Notes under the pieces: model-generated
Database searches by the model: none
What the model saw: only the letters and a program-made list of their open reading frames with translations
What the model was told of the DNA's origin: nothing
Part shown: in pieces, positions 12,604 through 25,493 of the stretch
How positions within the stretch are numbered: position 1 is the stretch's first letter
How the letters are laid out: each line of letters begins with the position of its first letter
Program-made: the position numbers and the translations under genes
Source of the DNA: Vermamoeba vermiformis
Lineage: Eukaryota
Direction: 5' to 3'
DNA length: 64,000 bases
NCBI GenBank assembly: GCA_045837725.1
Contig: JBEWZL010000200.1
Location: forward strand, 186,001-250,000

Positions 12604-15136
12604 ATGTTACAGATCGCACGACAAGTGAGTTTACTTTCATGAACCTATAATCGATTAATATTTTACGTATAGAGTTAATATGAATTATCAAAATTACTGC
12701 ACAGCTTAAATTAACAATCTAATACGTACATCATGCTAGATCCGGATATTACAATTAAATTAATTATCTAATTTTGGCTCTAAATTCGAAACAAATCATT
12801 GCACGTGTATAACTATTTCTATTTATTATAGGCATGCTCAAGGAGCTCGATTGTAGCACAAAAATTGTTTAAAAACCATTCACGAACGTTCAAATCCGAT
12901 CTAAGATCCACTCGCAGACGGGGAGGCCTGCTACAATGCCTGTACCAATCATATACAACGATGATGAAAGACAATGTGGCCCCGCAGTTCAACAGAACTG
13001 CAAGCTTTGCCAGTTTCAAAAAAGTAGATCTGAATACCAGAAATAAGGTAGAGTATTACTGAATAATTCGCCACTATTTTTCCACGAAATATAATGGATA
13101 TGCTAGACTTTTTGTACAAGTATTAATACCCACTATTAATTCTCAGCCGAGATCTGCTGTTGCTGAACCTCGTCCAGACTCCGAAGCCTATCTTAATTTC
13201 AAAAACTTGAAGCAAATAGCATTAGAAAATCCACAGGTAATATTTCGACCGTTGAATAGCAAGATCCGAAAGATAGATCTTCGTTCATGAAAAACACAGC
13301 TAGATCGCACAAGACTCCGAAGACTCCGAATCTGACCTTCTATCATTTATATTAGATGGCCATGCAAAAATATGCAGAGATTAATGCCAAACAAGTCCCT
13401 ATTCTACGGCCACAAATGTACACGGTCATGTTGCCACTGCTCGCCAAGTACGGCACTGACGCGGATGTGGAAGCAGCTTTCAAGGATATTATAGAAAAGA
13501 AGTATACCATAACAATCAGGTACGCACTCTTAAGCCTATTTTCAATCAAGATAAGATCCGATCTAACAAAATGTCTTTTTCAGACCGTTCCATTTGATGA
13601 TTAAGGCTTATATTGATAAAAATCAGCTTGCTAAAGCCATGGCATTATTCGATCGAATGGATCAATGCAACGTGACCCCAGACGTAACTATATTCGGCGA
13701 AATATTCTGCGTATTGGACATGTCGAAGGATCGCGAGCTGGTTGCGGAATTATTCGAAAAAATGAAGCATTTTGATATTCAACTAGATACACCGCTATTC
13801 AATCTGTTTTTGAAACGAAAGAAAGAAACTGACGAAGACATTAATAATCGCAAGTCATCGCGCGACAGTCACCTGGCCTCCATTCAAACAGCCCTCGATA
13901 TTATCAGTCATATGCGCTCGTATAACTTACAGCCCGACGCCAGGTACGCATTTATTAATATAATGATAATACTACATAATATAGAACCGAGTTGTAGTGC
14001 GTTAAAGTAGCTGATCCGCAACATTTTTTAGGACAATCTTACATTTGCTCCAATTATACGGAAATTCGCCAGACAGCGTCGTGCATATCGAGAGACTCCT
14101 TCAATCCATTTTCCCCGAATTACATCAATATATTTTATCCTCAACGCCGTACACGCAAGATCAACTCCGAACCCTGATTAACAACCCCGCGAACGTGCTC
14201 ATCGATACCTATAATATTAACTATTTAATGGCTATTTATTCTAAGAAGAAAGACTTATCTAAGATGGAGCGGTTGTTCGCGTACTTGAAGAATTACGGCA
14301 AAGTGTCAAAAGTGTCATTCAACCAACTGATCAACTTCAACTTGGAACAAAAGAATTACGCGCGAGTCGTCGAACTAGCCGAAAGCATGCAAGATTTGGG
14401 CTTTTCAATGAGTCCATACGACACTCACTTGTACGTCCTCGCGCTCAAGGAGCTCGGTCAAATCGACAAGGTAGGCACTTTGCATTCCATTTTTTCTTTT
14501 ACATTGCAACAAAACATTATGATATGAGTATCATAATTAGTACTCACTGGCCTCATTACAAATAGGCCATCGATTACTTCGAGAAGTACTACAAGTTCAA
14601 TCAGCAACTCGTGCACAATGAGTTCATCAACGAACAGTTTTCTGATATTTCATCGTTGTACGCGGGAGTTAAGAGATTCGATGAAGCCAGCAAGTGGTTT
14701 GATATGGCTAGGTGAGTATAGGAGCTGTCACGTGACTGTTAATCTGAGCCCTGGTTAATGAATTTTCATTTTTAGAAACAAAGGTCGATTGACGCGTGAC
14801 ATGTATCAGAAACCAATCAAAGCATTCGCTGAAGCAGGAAACCCTCGCAAGGCATTAGAACTGCTCGAAGAAGTTTTGAGAAAGCACATCCGCGTTGAAC
14901 ACGCGATTTTTGACGCGGTGATGACGAGTTACTTGCAACAAATGAACAACGGCGAGAACTTGCAAAATGATTTAATTAGGTTGCTTGATGAAATGCGAAA
15001 TAACGTAAGTTGGTGGTAATAGTTATTAGATGACTAGTTGACTTACGCGTATTATCAGGAAATACCGGTTAGTACGACGTGGATGCAGAAGATTAAAAGT
15101 GTATTAGCACAACAACGAAGTGCACCGAAACAATAA
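12604..15136 (+). CDS. Pentatricopeptide repeat (PPR) protein, probably mitochondrial
   Basis: Repeated ~35-aa helical motifs (MIKAYIDKNQLAKAMALFDRMDQCNVTPDVTIF; YQKPIKAFAEAGNPRKALELLEEV); 5' exons uncertain. Confidence 0.82.
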
Positions 15137-15544
15137 AACTGACCTTGATCCGACGCGTGAGTTTTAATGGCAATCTGGCACATTAATTTAGTGTAACAAA
15201 TCTAATTCCGATGTCATTCATCAAAAACTACCACGCAATTACACTATTGGTCACTCGTGACAGTTAAATCAGGTATAATTTCGTGAATTGATTCAACCCA
15301 GCGGAGAAACTCATCCAATTCAACGCAGGCCTTGAATTATGACTAAGGAGCTCTAACTCAGCTTAGCTATGGGCAAAAAGTTGCAGTTGACAGTAAGAAA
15401 AGGCTAAAGGCTACTTAGATAGCGGAATAATTGGCTATTTTAGGGCCAGTCATTGGAACAACTCACGTGGTTGACAAGGATAAAAAGTACAGACTCCAGC
15501 TCAGTTTTATGATAAATCAACTCAATAAGATCACCACACTCCCA

Positions 15545-16369
15545 ATGTCAACGATTACAGGCCGACATCCCCGCCGCGTCAATCAGCGTAAGGACTTCAA
15601 AAAGAAGAAGACGCCATCCACAAGAGGCGAGGCACAATACAAAGACAAATTCGTGCGACTCATCGGAGAGGTCATCAGTGTCTACCACGATGGTAATTCG
15701 TATTCGTTATTCTCGTTCTTTTCTAAATTCGCTTAGATGATGACAAACCTCATGCTGTGTTTCAAGTCAAAGCGACAGACGCCAAAACAGGCCAAACTAC
15801 TACCTACCGCATTCCTATCAACACGCACTCAATTAAAGGCGGTAATGGGAAAGGCAGTGATGTGCAATACTCCGTCGGTGTTGATAGACAGGACGAGCCC
15901 TTCAACTTGGAGGCAGAGGCCGGCTTGACTCAAGATGTTCACCTCTCGTATGTTGATTTGGGTCTCAAGCAAACTATGTTCCGCAGCGTTGGCGAAGGTG
16001 AGTTGAATTTGTTATGAGGTTGAGGACTCATAAGTTGCTTGTCAGGTACTATCTTTGGTACGCTCGCGGCATTAGCCCAAGAGAGTGAAGCGGTCATCAT
16101 CTATGGCAAAATGTACAGCCGAACTGGCCTGCACGATGTGCACATGAACAGTGGCGAGAAAGGTTCCGGATGGACAAGTAAGCGTTGGAAATGGATCGCG
16201 TATCATAAAATTAATTCGCTCGCTTTTAGACGACAAGGGACACGATGGAGCTGTCGGCTTCTATCTCAAAGGGCAACAAGGAGGGCCCGACAATTCGTTC
16301 CCGGACCGTATTGAGTGGGTATTCATCAAATTCGAGTCGCAGGATTTTGAGGTAGCAAAAAACTTGTAG
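15545..16369 (+). CDS. DUF2278/YukJ-like protein, 4 exons
   Basis: Spliced product has PHAVF, YRIPINTHS, GLHDVHMNSG, DGAVGF, VFIKFESQ, matching my recollection of the DUF2278 signature (GIHDIHMNQG...DG...F.SQ). Confidence 0.75.
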
Positions 16370-16730
16370 ATCATTTCTTTTGCTAGTCGTGAAATTTTAT
16401 TATATATGCAGTAATAAACTCCTTTGCGCGAGCAAATGCTTTAAACAACGCAAATGAGTCTATTTTGGTCTCTGGCGAAGATTCGTCGGCACTTTCCGCC
16501 TCCCCAGCCACAAAGGAGGAAAAAATGACAAGGTGACACAATTGGCATTGCACAGTCCTGTTTTTTATTGTTCTACTTAACGTAAGTACCACGATCCTCG
16601 TTTAAGGCTTTATTATATGAGGCTTGAAATCATAATCTTAGCTTCAAATCCGAAGATATTTTCTTAACTTCAATTTTATCAATTAATCAATAAATTGCTT
16701 TATTATTAACTATAAAATTAATCTTAGATA

Positions 16731-18995
16731 ATGGCTCGCGTAATCATCGCCGTTTTGGCTGTTGTCTTGGCTTTGGCCTTGGTCGACGCCAAGATCTTCC
16801 TCCAGAGAACTACCATTCCCCCTAACTTTGTTAGACTTGGTCGCACTGACCCCAACATGATGTTTGATTTCCGTGTTGCTCTTAAGCAACGCAATGTTGA
16901 CGTTCTTGAGGTAAATTGAGTTCAGTAATTATGACGGACAAGCAAATCTAATTTCATTTTTAATTTCAAAGGCTACTTTGCTCGACGTCTCCAATCCTGA
17001 ATCTGCTAACTACGGTAAGTATTGGATTAATTATTCATCAGTCCCATTTCCTTTCTGCTTGAAAATCTTTTTCATCTGTCAGATTGGCGCGATTATTTTT
17101 TCTCCGTCTAATTGTGGTTTTTAGGCAAATGGTGGACCACTGAACAAATCCTTGACTTGATTGCCCCTTCCAAGGACGAAATTCGCCCCGTCATTGCTTG
17201 GTTGAAGGCTGCTGGTATTCAACAGATCGACGCTTCTGGCCGCGACTTCATCAAGGTCGTTGCTCCCATCAGAATCATCGAGAACTTGTTCCAAACTCAA
17301 TTCTACAACTACCAATACACTCCCACCGGTAAGTTTTTTCTGATTTTTCGAAATCCGTTCTATTTCTGAACCAAAAAATTTTATTTTTAGGTAAGATCCA
17401 CTCCCGTGTTTTCGGTGCTGTCCACGTTCCTGAGAACCTCGAGATCATTGATATGATCTTCGGTTTGACTGAGTTGGTTAAGCCCTCTTCCATCAACGCT
17501 CACTACAAGCCCGTCGACAAGCGATCTGTTCAACAAGATCCTCTTGGCTACATCTACCCCGGTATTCTTAGAACTATGTACGGTGTTCCCGCCAAGTTCT
17601 GGGTCAACGCTCAAAGCTCCATTTGCGTCGCTGAATTCCAAGACGATGCTTCATTCAACAAGCAAGATCTTACTACCTTCAACCAAGGTATGAACGAGAA
17701 CATCCACGTCGACAAGATTGTTGGTCCTTACTCTGGCGACAGCCCGGATGCTGAGTCTACCCTGGACGTTCAAGTACGTACTATAGCCATCTATTTAACT
17801 CGATTACTAGTCCTAATTTTATCCGCCAAAAGTACGCCTCTGCCCTTGCCTTGAACTCCACTTTCTGGTTCTGGACTGTTGACAGATGGATGTACGAATT
17901 CGCCACTCAATTGTTCAACGCCAAGGCTTTCCCTCTCGTCGTCTCCATGTCCTGGGGCTGGCCCGAAGACGAGCAATGCCAGATCGTCGACTGCTCCAAC
18001 GGTCAATCTTCTTACCAATACGTCGCCAAGGTCAACACTGAATTCGTCAAGATCGGTCTCAAGGGTGTCACTCTCTTGGCTGCCTCTGGTGATCAAGGTG
18101 CTCCTGGTGACGAGTTCAACAACTGCAACGGCGGTATCTCCACCATCTTCCCTGGTGCCTCTCCTTGGGTCACTTCCGTCGGTGCTACTATGTTGGTCTC
18201 TTCTTCTGCCCAAGCCAAGCGTCAAGCCAACCAACCCCCTGTTTGCCAACAGTAAGTCCACAAAATTATTTATGACACGTGTCATTAAACATTTTCTAAT
18301 TGTATTATTAGAATGACTTGCGCTACCACCACTACTGAAGGTGTCTGCACTTATCCTAGTAAGTCCCGGAAGATTTCGAAAATTATTGCGAAAATTCTGA
18401 AGCGAGCAAATTGATTAATCCGCTTTTACTCTTAGCCGCTTTGATCACCACTGGTGGTGGTTTCTCTGACGTCTCTCCCACCCCTGCTTGGCAAAAGGAT
18501 GTCGTCAAGACCTACTTGAACTCTGGTGTTCAATTGCCCACTGGTAACTTCAATGCCTCTAACCGTGGTTTCCCTGACGTTGCTGCCAACGGCCACAACT
18601 ACTTGATCCAATTGCTCGGTCAAGGTTTCGTTCAAGTCGACGGGTACGTTGTTGTGCTACCATATTTCCGTTATTTTGACATTGATACTAACGCGTGGTG
18701 CAGTACTTCTGCCTCTTCCCCCGTCTTCGCTGCTGTCATTTCTCTCTTGAACAGCTACTTGTTGGACCACGGCAAGACCCCCATCGGTTTCGCCAACCCC
18801 TTGTTGTACAAGATGTACGCCGCTGATAAGAGCACCTTCACTGATATCACCTCTGGCAACAACTACTGCACTGAGTCTTGCTGCGGTTCTCTTGGTTACG
18901 TCGCCACTAAGGGCTGGGACGCCGTTACTGGTCTCGGTACTCCTGTCTTCCCTAGAATGCAAAACTACTTGAAGAACAACGTTCTCAAGGCCTAA
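16731..18995 (+). CDS. Sedolisin / tripeptidyl-peptidase I-like serine-carboxyl peptidase (S53) with pro-domain
   Basis: Signal peptide; pro-domain ALKQRN...YGKW; catalytic motifs ESTLDVQY, ASGDQG, RGFPDVAA, GTSASSP, GWDAVTGLGTP; strongly biased codon usage. Confidence 0.95.
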
Positions 18996-19225
18996 GTTGG
19001 TTGCCTTCGAATGACAAAGCAGATCTTGATTAAATAAAGAACTGTTTCTTATAGGACCAGTAGATTATTTCGTGCGTCATATAATTCACGTCGTTTAACC
19101 AGCTACAGTTATTTCTCGAAGCACGTCAAGTTTTAAATTGCGTTCACGGAAACAGTGCTCATTTTTTTCTGGATCGTGACAAGACGCGAACACAATCGAG
19201 ACTCCTGTCCTATACCAACTTAATT

Positions 19226-21135
19226 ATGAATAGAGTGCCTCCAAAACAGAGTTCTGACTCATTCTGGCTCACGCAAGCCAAGTTCGAGAACGTAAAAACG
19301 GCGGATCCAATAACCGCCGAACAGGATGTGATCATTATTGGTACGTCATTTTATCATGATTGCCTATAAAATAGATTTTATGGCATAATTTTCATAATAG
19401 CTTTGATAATTGGCTTCTGGACACGCAAAATTGCCTTTTGAAATCCACGTTTTGTCTTTCTAACTCGCAGCCGGTTTATAGGAGGTGGTATTTCTGGTGT
19501 TAGCACCGCATATTTTTTGAAGAAGTACGGTGTTCCCAATGTTTTGCTGCTGGAGAGTCGCGGGATCGCTTCTGGTAGGTTCTCTCATTTTAAAAATCTA
19601 AATTAATTCTAAATAATGATTTTTGGCAATATATCGATTGTATATACTATTAGGAGCATGCTCCACGATGTACCTGAATTTTAATTAATGTGATCCATTG
19701 TACCTAGCCGAAAGATGCTTTGTCCCAAAATGCTGCTTTCTCGAATATCTTTCCCTTACAATTTATTATTATTAGATATACGATTTGTGTACAGATATTA
19801 CGATCATGCGACAATCTTTTAATGTTTCATGAACAGGTGCTACGGGACGTAACGGTGGTCACTTGTGGTCTAAAGCCCCAACTCTCGATCGTATCAAGCA
19901 GTTCGGCATTGAACAGGTGAAAAAGATGATTGACTTCGAGACTGAGACTGTTGAGCTCGTGGTGGACTTCGTTACTGCGAATAACGTACCGTGCGACTTC
20001 AGGAGATGCGGATCCGTTAGTTTGACCTCAAAGGACGAGGAAGCATTAGAAATGAAGCATACTATTCAATTATTGAAGCAGTTGCCCGGATTCAAAGACT
20101 TGCCTGTTGAATACTTAGAGGCGGAGCAGATTCAACGATTTACGCACGGCTCCACAGCTTTCAAAGGAGGCATTTTGTCAAAGAATGCTGGTCAATTATG
20201 GCCCGCAAAGCTTATCTTCTTCGTTGTTCAAAAGGCGATGGATCTCGGTCTAAACCTTTGGACTCAAACTACGGTGACCCAAGTGCGCAAAGAGAAGAAC
20301 ATTTATGTCGTCACTGCTACTAGAGACGGAAAGACCGTTCAGTTCAGAACCAAGTCCGTAGTCTACGCTACTAACGGATACGCAGACGGTACGGATCTTC
20401 TTCTTTGGACCTGTTAGTTCTAACTACTTGTTTAGGCCTAGTACCTCAATTGAAAGACATTATTGTGCCTGTGCGCGGACAAGTCATCACCACCTCACCT
20501 ATTAAGCCACTTATACCGCACAACTTGTCCATGAATGATGGCTACGAGTACATGATTCACAGAGGTACGGTGACTGTTAGGTAACAATCGCGAGCTAATG
20601 TTTGGATTAGAGGATGGTAGAATAGTGTTAGGAGGCATGAGATGGAAGTCTAAGAACGATATGGAGCGTAACTTAATTGATGACAGTCAGATCTCGCAAG
20701 ATGTGAGCAAAGGGTTGCGCGACATGTTGCCGGAGAAATTCCCGTACTTGAAGCAACACAAATACACTATCGAGAATGTAAGTATATATGGGCCGACATC
20801 TAGTATTGTACCCCGATACTAATGGCCTATATGATTACTAGGAATGGAGCGGTGTAATGGGTTTTTCAACGGATGAGAACCCTTTGATCGGTGCTATTTC
20901 ACCCGTAGAACGAGTCACTGTTGATAAAGCACGTACTGGCGCTGTAATGAGTGGAGAGTACATCTTGGCTGGCTACACGGGCTATGGTATGCCTATTTGC
21001 TTCGGTGCTGGCAAGGCTGTAGCGGAGATGGTGATCGGCTTGCAAGATCCGTTCAAGTTTATCGAAGCGTACTCTCCTCAACGATACGAGGTATTCCGCA
21101 AGGCAGTACAACAGCCATTACGAGCAAAGATGTGA
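19226..21135 (+). CDS. FAD-dependent oxidoreductase (DAO / PuuB-like family)
   Basis: DVIIIG|GGISG, SG|ATGRNGGH, VYATNGY, VPVRGQV, WSGVMGFSTDENPLIG, AGYTGYGMP. Confidence 0.92.
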
Positions 21136-21290
21136 AATAAAGTGTTGCTGTATTATGTTCGTTTTTGGGATCCCACGTGCTGACCTGAAGAAATCTCTCT
21201 TTGCGGCGATTCTGTTTTTTGCAGCAGCCTTAATTATTGTCTCCGATAGACCTTTTAGTATACACAATTAATAGGTCGTGTAATATTAAA

Positions 21291-23251
21291 ATGATTCCAC
21301 TTCAGTTGCTGTGGAAGGTAAGGGAAAAAATTAGCAACTTTTCAATCGAATCAAAAAAAGGAATAATTAAATAAGAGTAATCGAACAGAAAATATTATTA
21401 ATTGATATCAATCATGCTGGTGATTGTATTCCTGGAAATTATTTTGCCCGATCACCAATTAATCAGATATTAATACCTATTGGCGTCCTACAAATTGAAA
21501 TAATTATAAAAAATACAATTAGTCAATATGGCACGAATAACCGTATTGTTGACGACTGTTAATGCTAATTTAATAATTTTTAAGTGGATCTACATTAACT
21601 TCGATGCACCGACCGAGAAGAAGAAGGGCTCCGATGAAAATGACGCACCAGCAGTGAGTTCACTTCCAAAGAAATTAAAATTAGTCGATCTCGACACGGC
21701 ACTGGAAGAATTTTTCTCGTGGGATGAGCTTCCTGAAGACGTAAGTTATCAATTGAATTAGCAATTATTATTTGAAAAAAATAACGCAAATTTAATTCTG
21801 AATATAAATTGCAATTAAAGGTCAAAGCAAGTAAAACTGCGAAGATCACGGCGAAAGCATTGATCCCACTCGCCTCACAATTAGTACACGAAGAAGGACA
21901 ATTTTTCTTTGATCCTACTGATGCCGATAATGGTTCAACTGAATCTCAAGGAACACAATCGCAAGAAATGGCGCCACATCCGGCAACAAAAAAACTCAAA
22001 TTTTATTTAGCACGTATTACACAAACTAAGAAAAAGAGTCGATCAAAAGACGTACCTGAATTTCCTGAAGAATTTAAACAGAAGCTGCTCAATCACCTGC
22101 GAACGGAGATTATGGGTCGTAAATCCAACTCTGGCAGCTCCTTGGCACATATGAATACTAATAACTCACCTACGAAGAATTTATTAAGCAGTCAAGCAAG
22201 TTTCTTAAGCAACAGTAACGCTACGATCTCACCTAGTTCAAGCATGCCTGATCTGTCTAAACAACCGACTTTGGTAAGCCTTTAAACTCACTATTACTTG
22301 CTATCTATTTATCAATAATATAATATGATATTTGAATGGCCATTTCAAATTTTATAAGGGCGTGCGTACGAAACACCGCAAACAATCTTATTTTCGATTT
22401 ACGTTGCTTTGTACCGGCTTGTTTTTGAAATCGAATTTTATTCTTTATAAGCAAGTAATATAGTGGTATAACGTTATCTTTATTGGTCTTATTTCGATTT
22501 ATTGCTCCACATTTGACAAGTTGTCCTTCGTCAAAATTGCCAAACGTCCTTTAATTATTTGGTGCGATTAAATCGAACTAAATCGCTAATGTATATAAAA
22601 TTCAGAAATAATATTGGCATATTTTACTCACTGCTTTATTACAGAATTTGAATTTATTTTCTGACTCGCCTGCATTGAGCCCTTCTCCTTCCTTGTCTTC
22701 AATGTCGTCAACAGGAGGCTCAACGCTCGCTAAAACAATGTCTATTCCACCACCTCCACAACAAGTCACCGGCACCAAGCGCGCACTTCCAGATGAGGAT
22801 TCAGATCGACCGAAAAAGAAGGCGCGAACCGAAAAGAAAGAAGGTGGTCGTGGCCGAAAGAAGAAAGAAGAAGATGAATCATATTCAGAAGAAGAACACT
22901 CGCAAACACCTCCGCTAAGCAGAGTTAATTCGCTCGGCGAGGACTTTGATGTTAATGCCCGCTTGAGGCTGCTTGAAGACCAGCAGAAACAGATGGAGCA
23001 ACAGTTGGAAGCACTTAAGGGCGAGCTATTAATGAAGGACTTCGTATTCAAGCCCGTTTCGCAAGTCGCAGGTACGATGGCCGATCCGCAAGTTAAAGAA
23101 ATTAGCAAAAAACAAGAGAAAGATGAGCCTAAACAGCCGAAAAAACGAGGACGTCCTGCTAAGAAAAAGTAAGACCATTCACCGCTATATTTAGATTTAA
23201 TAAGTAACTAATTGAATTTTCCAAATTAGGCAAGTCTCTGACGATGATTAG
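21291..23251 (+). CDS. Hypothetical low-complexity nuclear protein (NLS-like and AT-hook-like KKRGRP, coiled coil)
   Basis: Several in-frame exons bounded by GT-AG; Ser/Lys-rich; GRGRKK and KKRGRPAKK motifs. Confidence 0.6.
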
Positions 23252-23475
23252 ATCAGATCTCGGTCTGTGGTAATGTGTTTATAATGATAACTGTTTTTTA
23301 ATAAATTTTGTTTATTTTCTAAAGGCAACAGACGCAAGATTTACTAATTTCAATCTGAAATTTAATCGGTCAAACACGTGATCGAGCGGTTTGCCTCTGG
23401 AATCGTTCAGATTCCGAGGCACAAAAGCAACACTTTTCATTCTCATAGGTCCTAGAAGCATAATTTCTGGCTAGC

Positions 23476-25419
23476 ATGTTTGCCCTGCCTCCGCCGTATC
23501 TCAACCGCTCATCCGACCCGCGGATTTCGCAAGCTGCGCAACCAAACAAAATCAAGGTAATTTCTGGAATACTCGCAAAAATTAGCGTTTCATTGCCCTT
23601 ACCAATGCATCAAGATCAATTGGAGTTGCAACGCTCAAATTGAAACTGAATTTTGCGTCCAAGAAACGAAATTGAAATTTAATATTTAATTCAGGCCAAT
23701 ACGCAAGAGGAGGTATTAAAATGCCTTAAAGAGAATACTCCGTTTCAAATTGAAGCAGATTATTTGGAATTAGCTGGCCTGCATTTGACGCCAAACTCAG
23801 CGGAACTTTTTGCCGAAGCTGTCAAGTCCACGACAACGCTAACTGAGCTGAATGCGCAGCGCTATCTCGATCATTTCAATTGCAAGCTTCTCGCGGAGGC
23901 ACTTGCCGTCAACAGATCCATCAAAAGTTTGAGCATGTCGTTCAATGCCCTCGATGTCTACGAATGTGTAGCTCTCGGACAAGCGCTAGAGCTCAATCAA
24001 TCCATCACTGAACTCAATCTTGCTTTTGTTAATTTGGGCCCTAATGGCTGTGAGCGTCTAAGCCAAGCACTGAAGAAGAACACGACGATACAGAAGTTAG
24101 ATCTGACTGGCAACAATTTACGCGAGGCTAGCAGTCTTGCCCTAGCCGATGCCCTCAGAGTTAACAGGACTTTGACAAGTTTGGATTTATCGCGGTGCAG
24201 CATTCAAGCCCGCGAGTGTCAGATCTTGTGCAACGCTCTGGCGCTGAACCAAGGATTGAAATCCATCAATCTGCGTTACAACATGCTTGGCGTTGGATGT
24301 TGGCTGTCGATATCAAACATGCTCAGCATAAACAACACGTTGACTGCACTGAACCTCAAAGGCAATGTCATGGGCAACAACGGAGAACTCATTGCCGAGG
24401 CGCTGAAAATGAACAACACTTTGAAGTCACTTGACATTAGTAACTGTGGATTTGGCTTCGATGAAGACTGCAGAAGATTGAGCGAGGCATTGGAGCAGAA
24501 TAGTTCGCTGACATTGCTCAAGTTGGACAACAATCGAATCAGCACTAGCAACGTGTTGTTTGGCTCCTTGAAGCTGAATCACAGTCTCAAAACTCTCAGC
24601 ATCAAATCGATCCTCTTAAGCACGGAGGGTGTCAACTCACTTTGCGATGCCCTGACAGTGAACAGAACGCTGACAGAGCTTGATATGGGCAGCAATCGTA
24701 TTGGTGTGCAATCACTCAAAGAGCTCATGACAAAGCCATTGAAGTCGATCCGGTTGCACAAATGTATCTCAAAAGTCGAGGAGATAGACATGCTGTGCTC
24801 AGCTATGCTGATGAATCAGTCCATCACCAATTTGTCACTCGCCAAGTGCAGTCTCAACATCGATTGTTGTCGGGTACTTGGCGCGCTACTGAAGAAGACA
24901 CGTACCATTCGCACGCTCAATCTCAGCATGTGCCTCGTAGACCTCGCTGGCTACGAGAGTATTTGCGATGGTTTGAAGTACAATGATTCCATCACAAAGC
25001 TCGAGATTGGTCGACATCCGCTTGACATCGAAGCTTGCAAGTTGATTGGACAAATGCTAGCGCACAATCAAACGATTAGAGATCTTACTTTAGCATCGTA
25101 CATCGATACCAAGAAGGCAGAAGAACTCTACAACAGTGGTCTCAAGTTCAACGAGGCACTTGTCAGCTTAACTTCCGCGAATAGCAGCGCGACCAAGTAC
25201 AGTGAAGTAGCGCAAAAATTAGAACAAAATAAGCACTCGCAACGAGAGGTAATCCGCAACTCTGTCGTTAACATCACTGTCATCGCGCGACATGTGCAGC
25301 TGCGGGATAGGTTGCCGACTGAGCTGTGGTTTCACATTTTTGATTTAATTAGCAGTCCAGGTGTCAGTGTGGACTTTTTATCCATAGCGATCAATATCTT
25401 CAATAAGTATCACTCTTAA
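23476..25419 (+). CDS. RNI-like leucine-rich repeat protein (NLRC3/RanGAP-type 28-aa repeats)
   Basis: Many LAEALxxNxTLTxLxLxxNxL repeats; C-terminal LPTELWFHIF motif. Confidence 0.9.
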
Positions 25420-25493
25420 TTTACAATATTTATCTTTTTTTGTATAATACTACAATAAATAATAGGATCTATATACACAACCAATAACGATAA

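Noticed and set aside
13299-13330. Short direct repeat AAGACTCCGA x2
   Set aside because: Two copies within probable PPR coding sequence; insignificant
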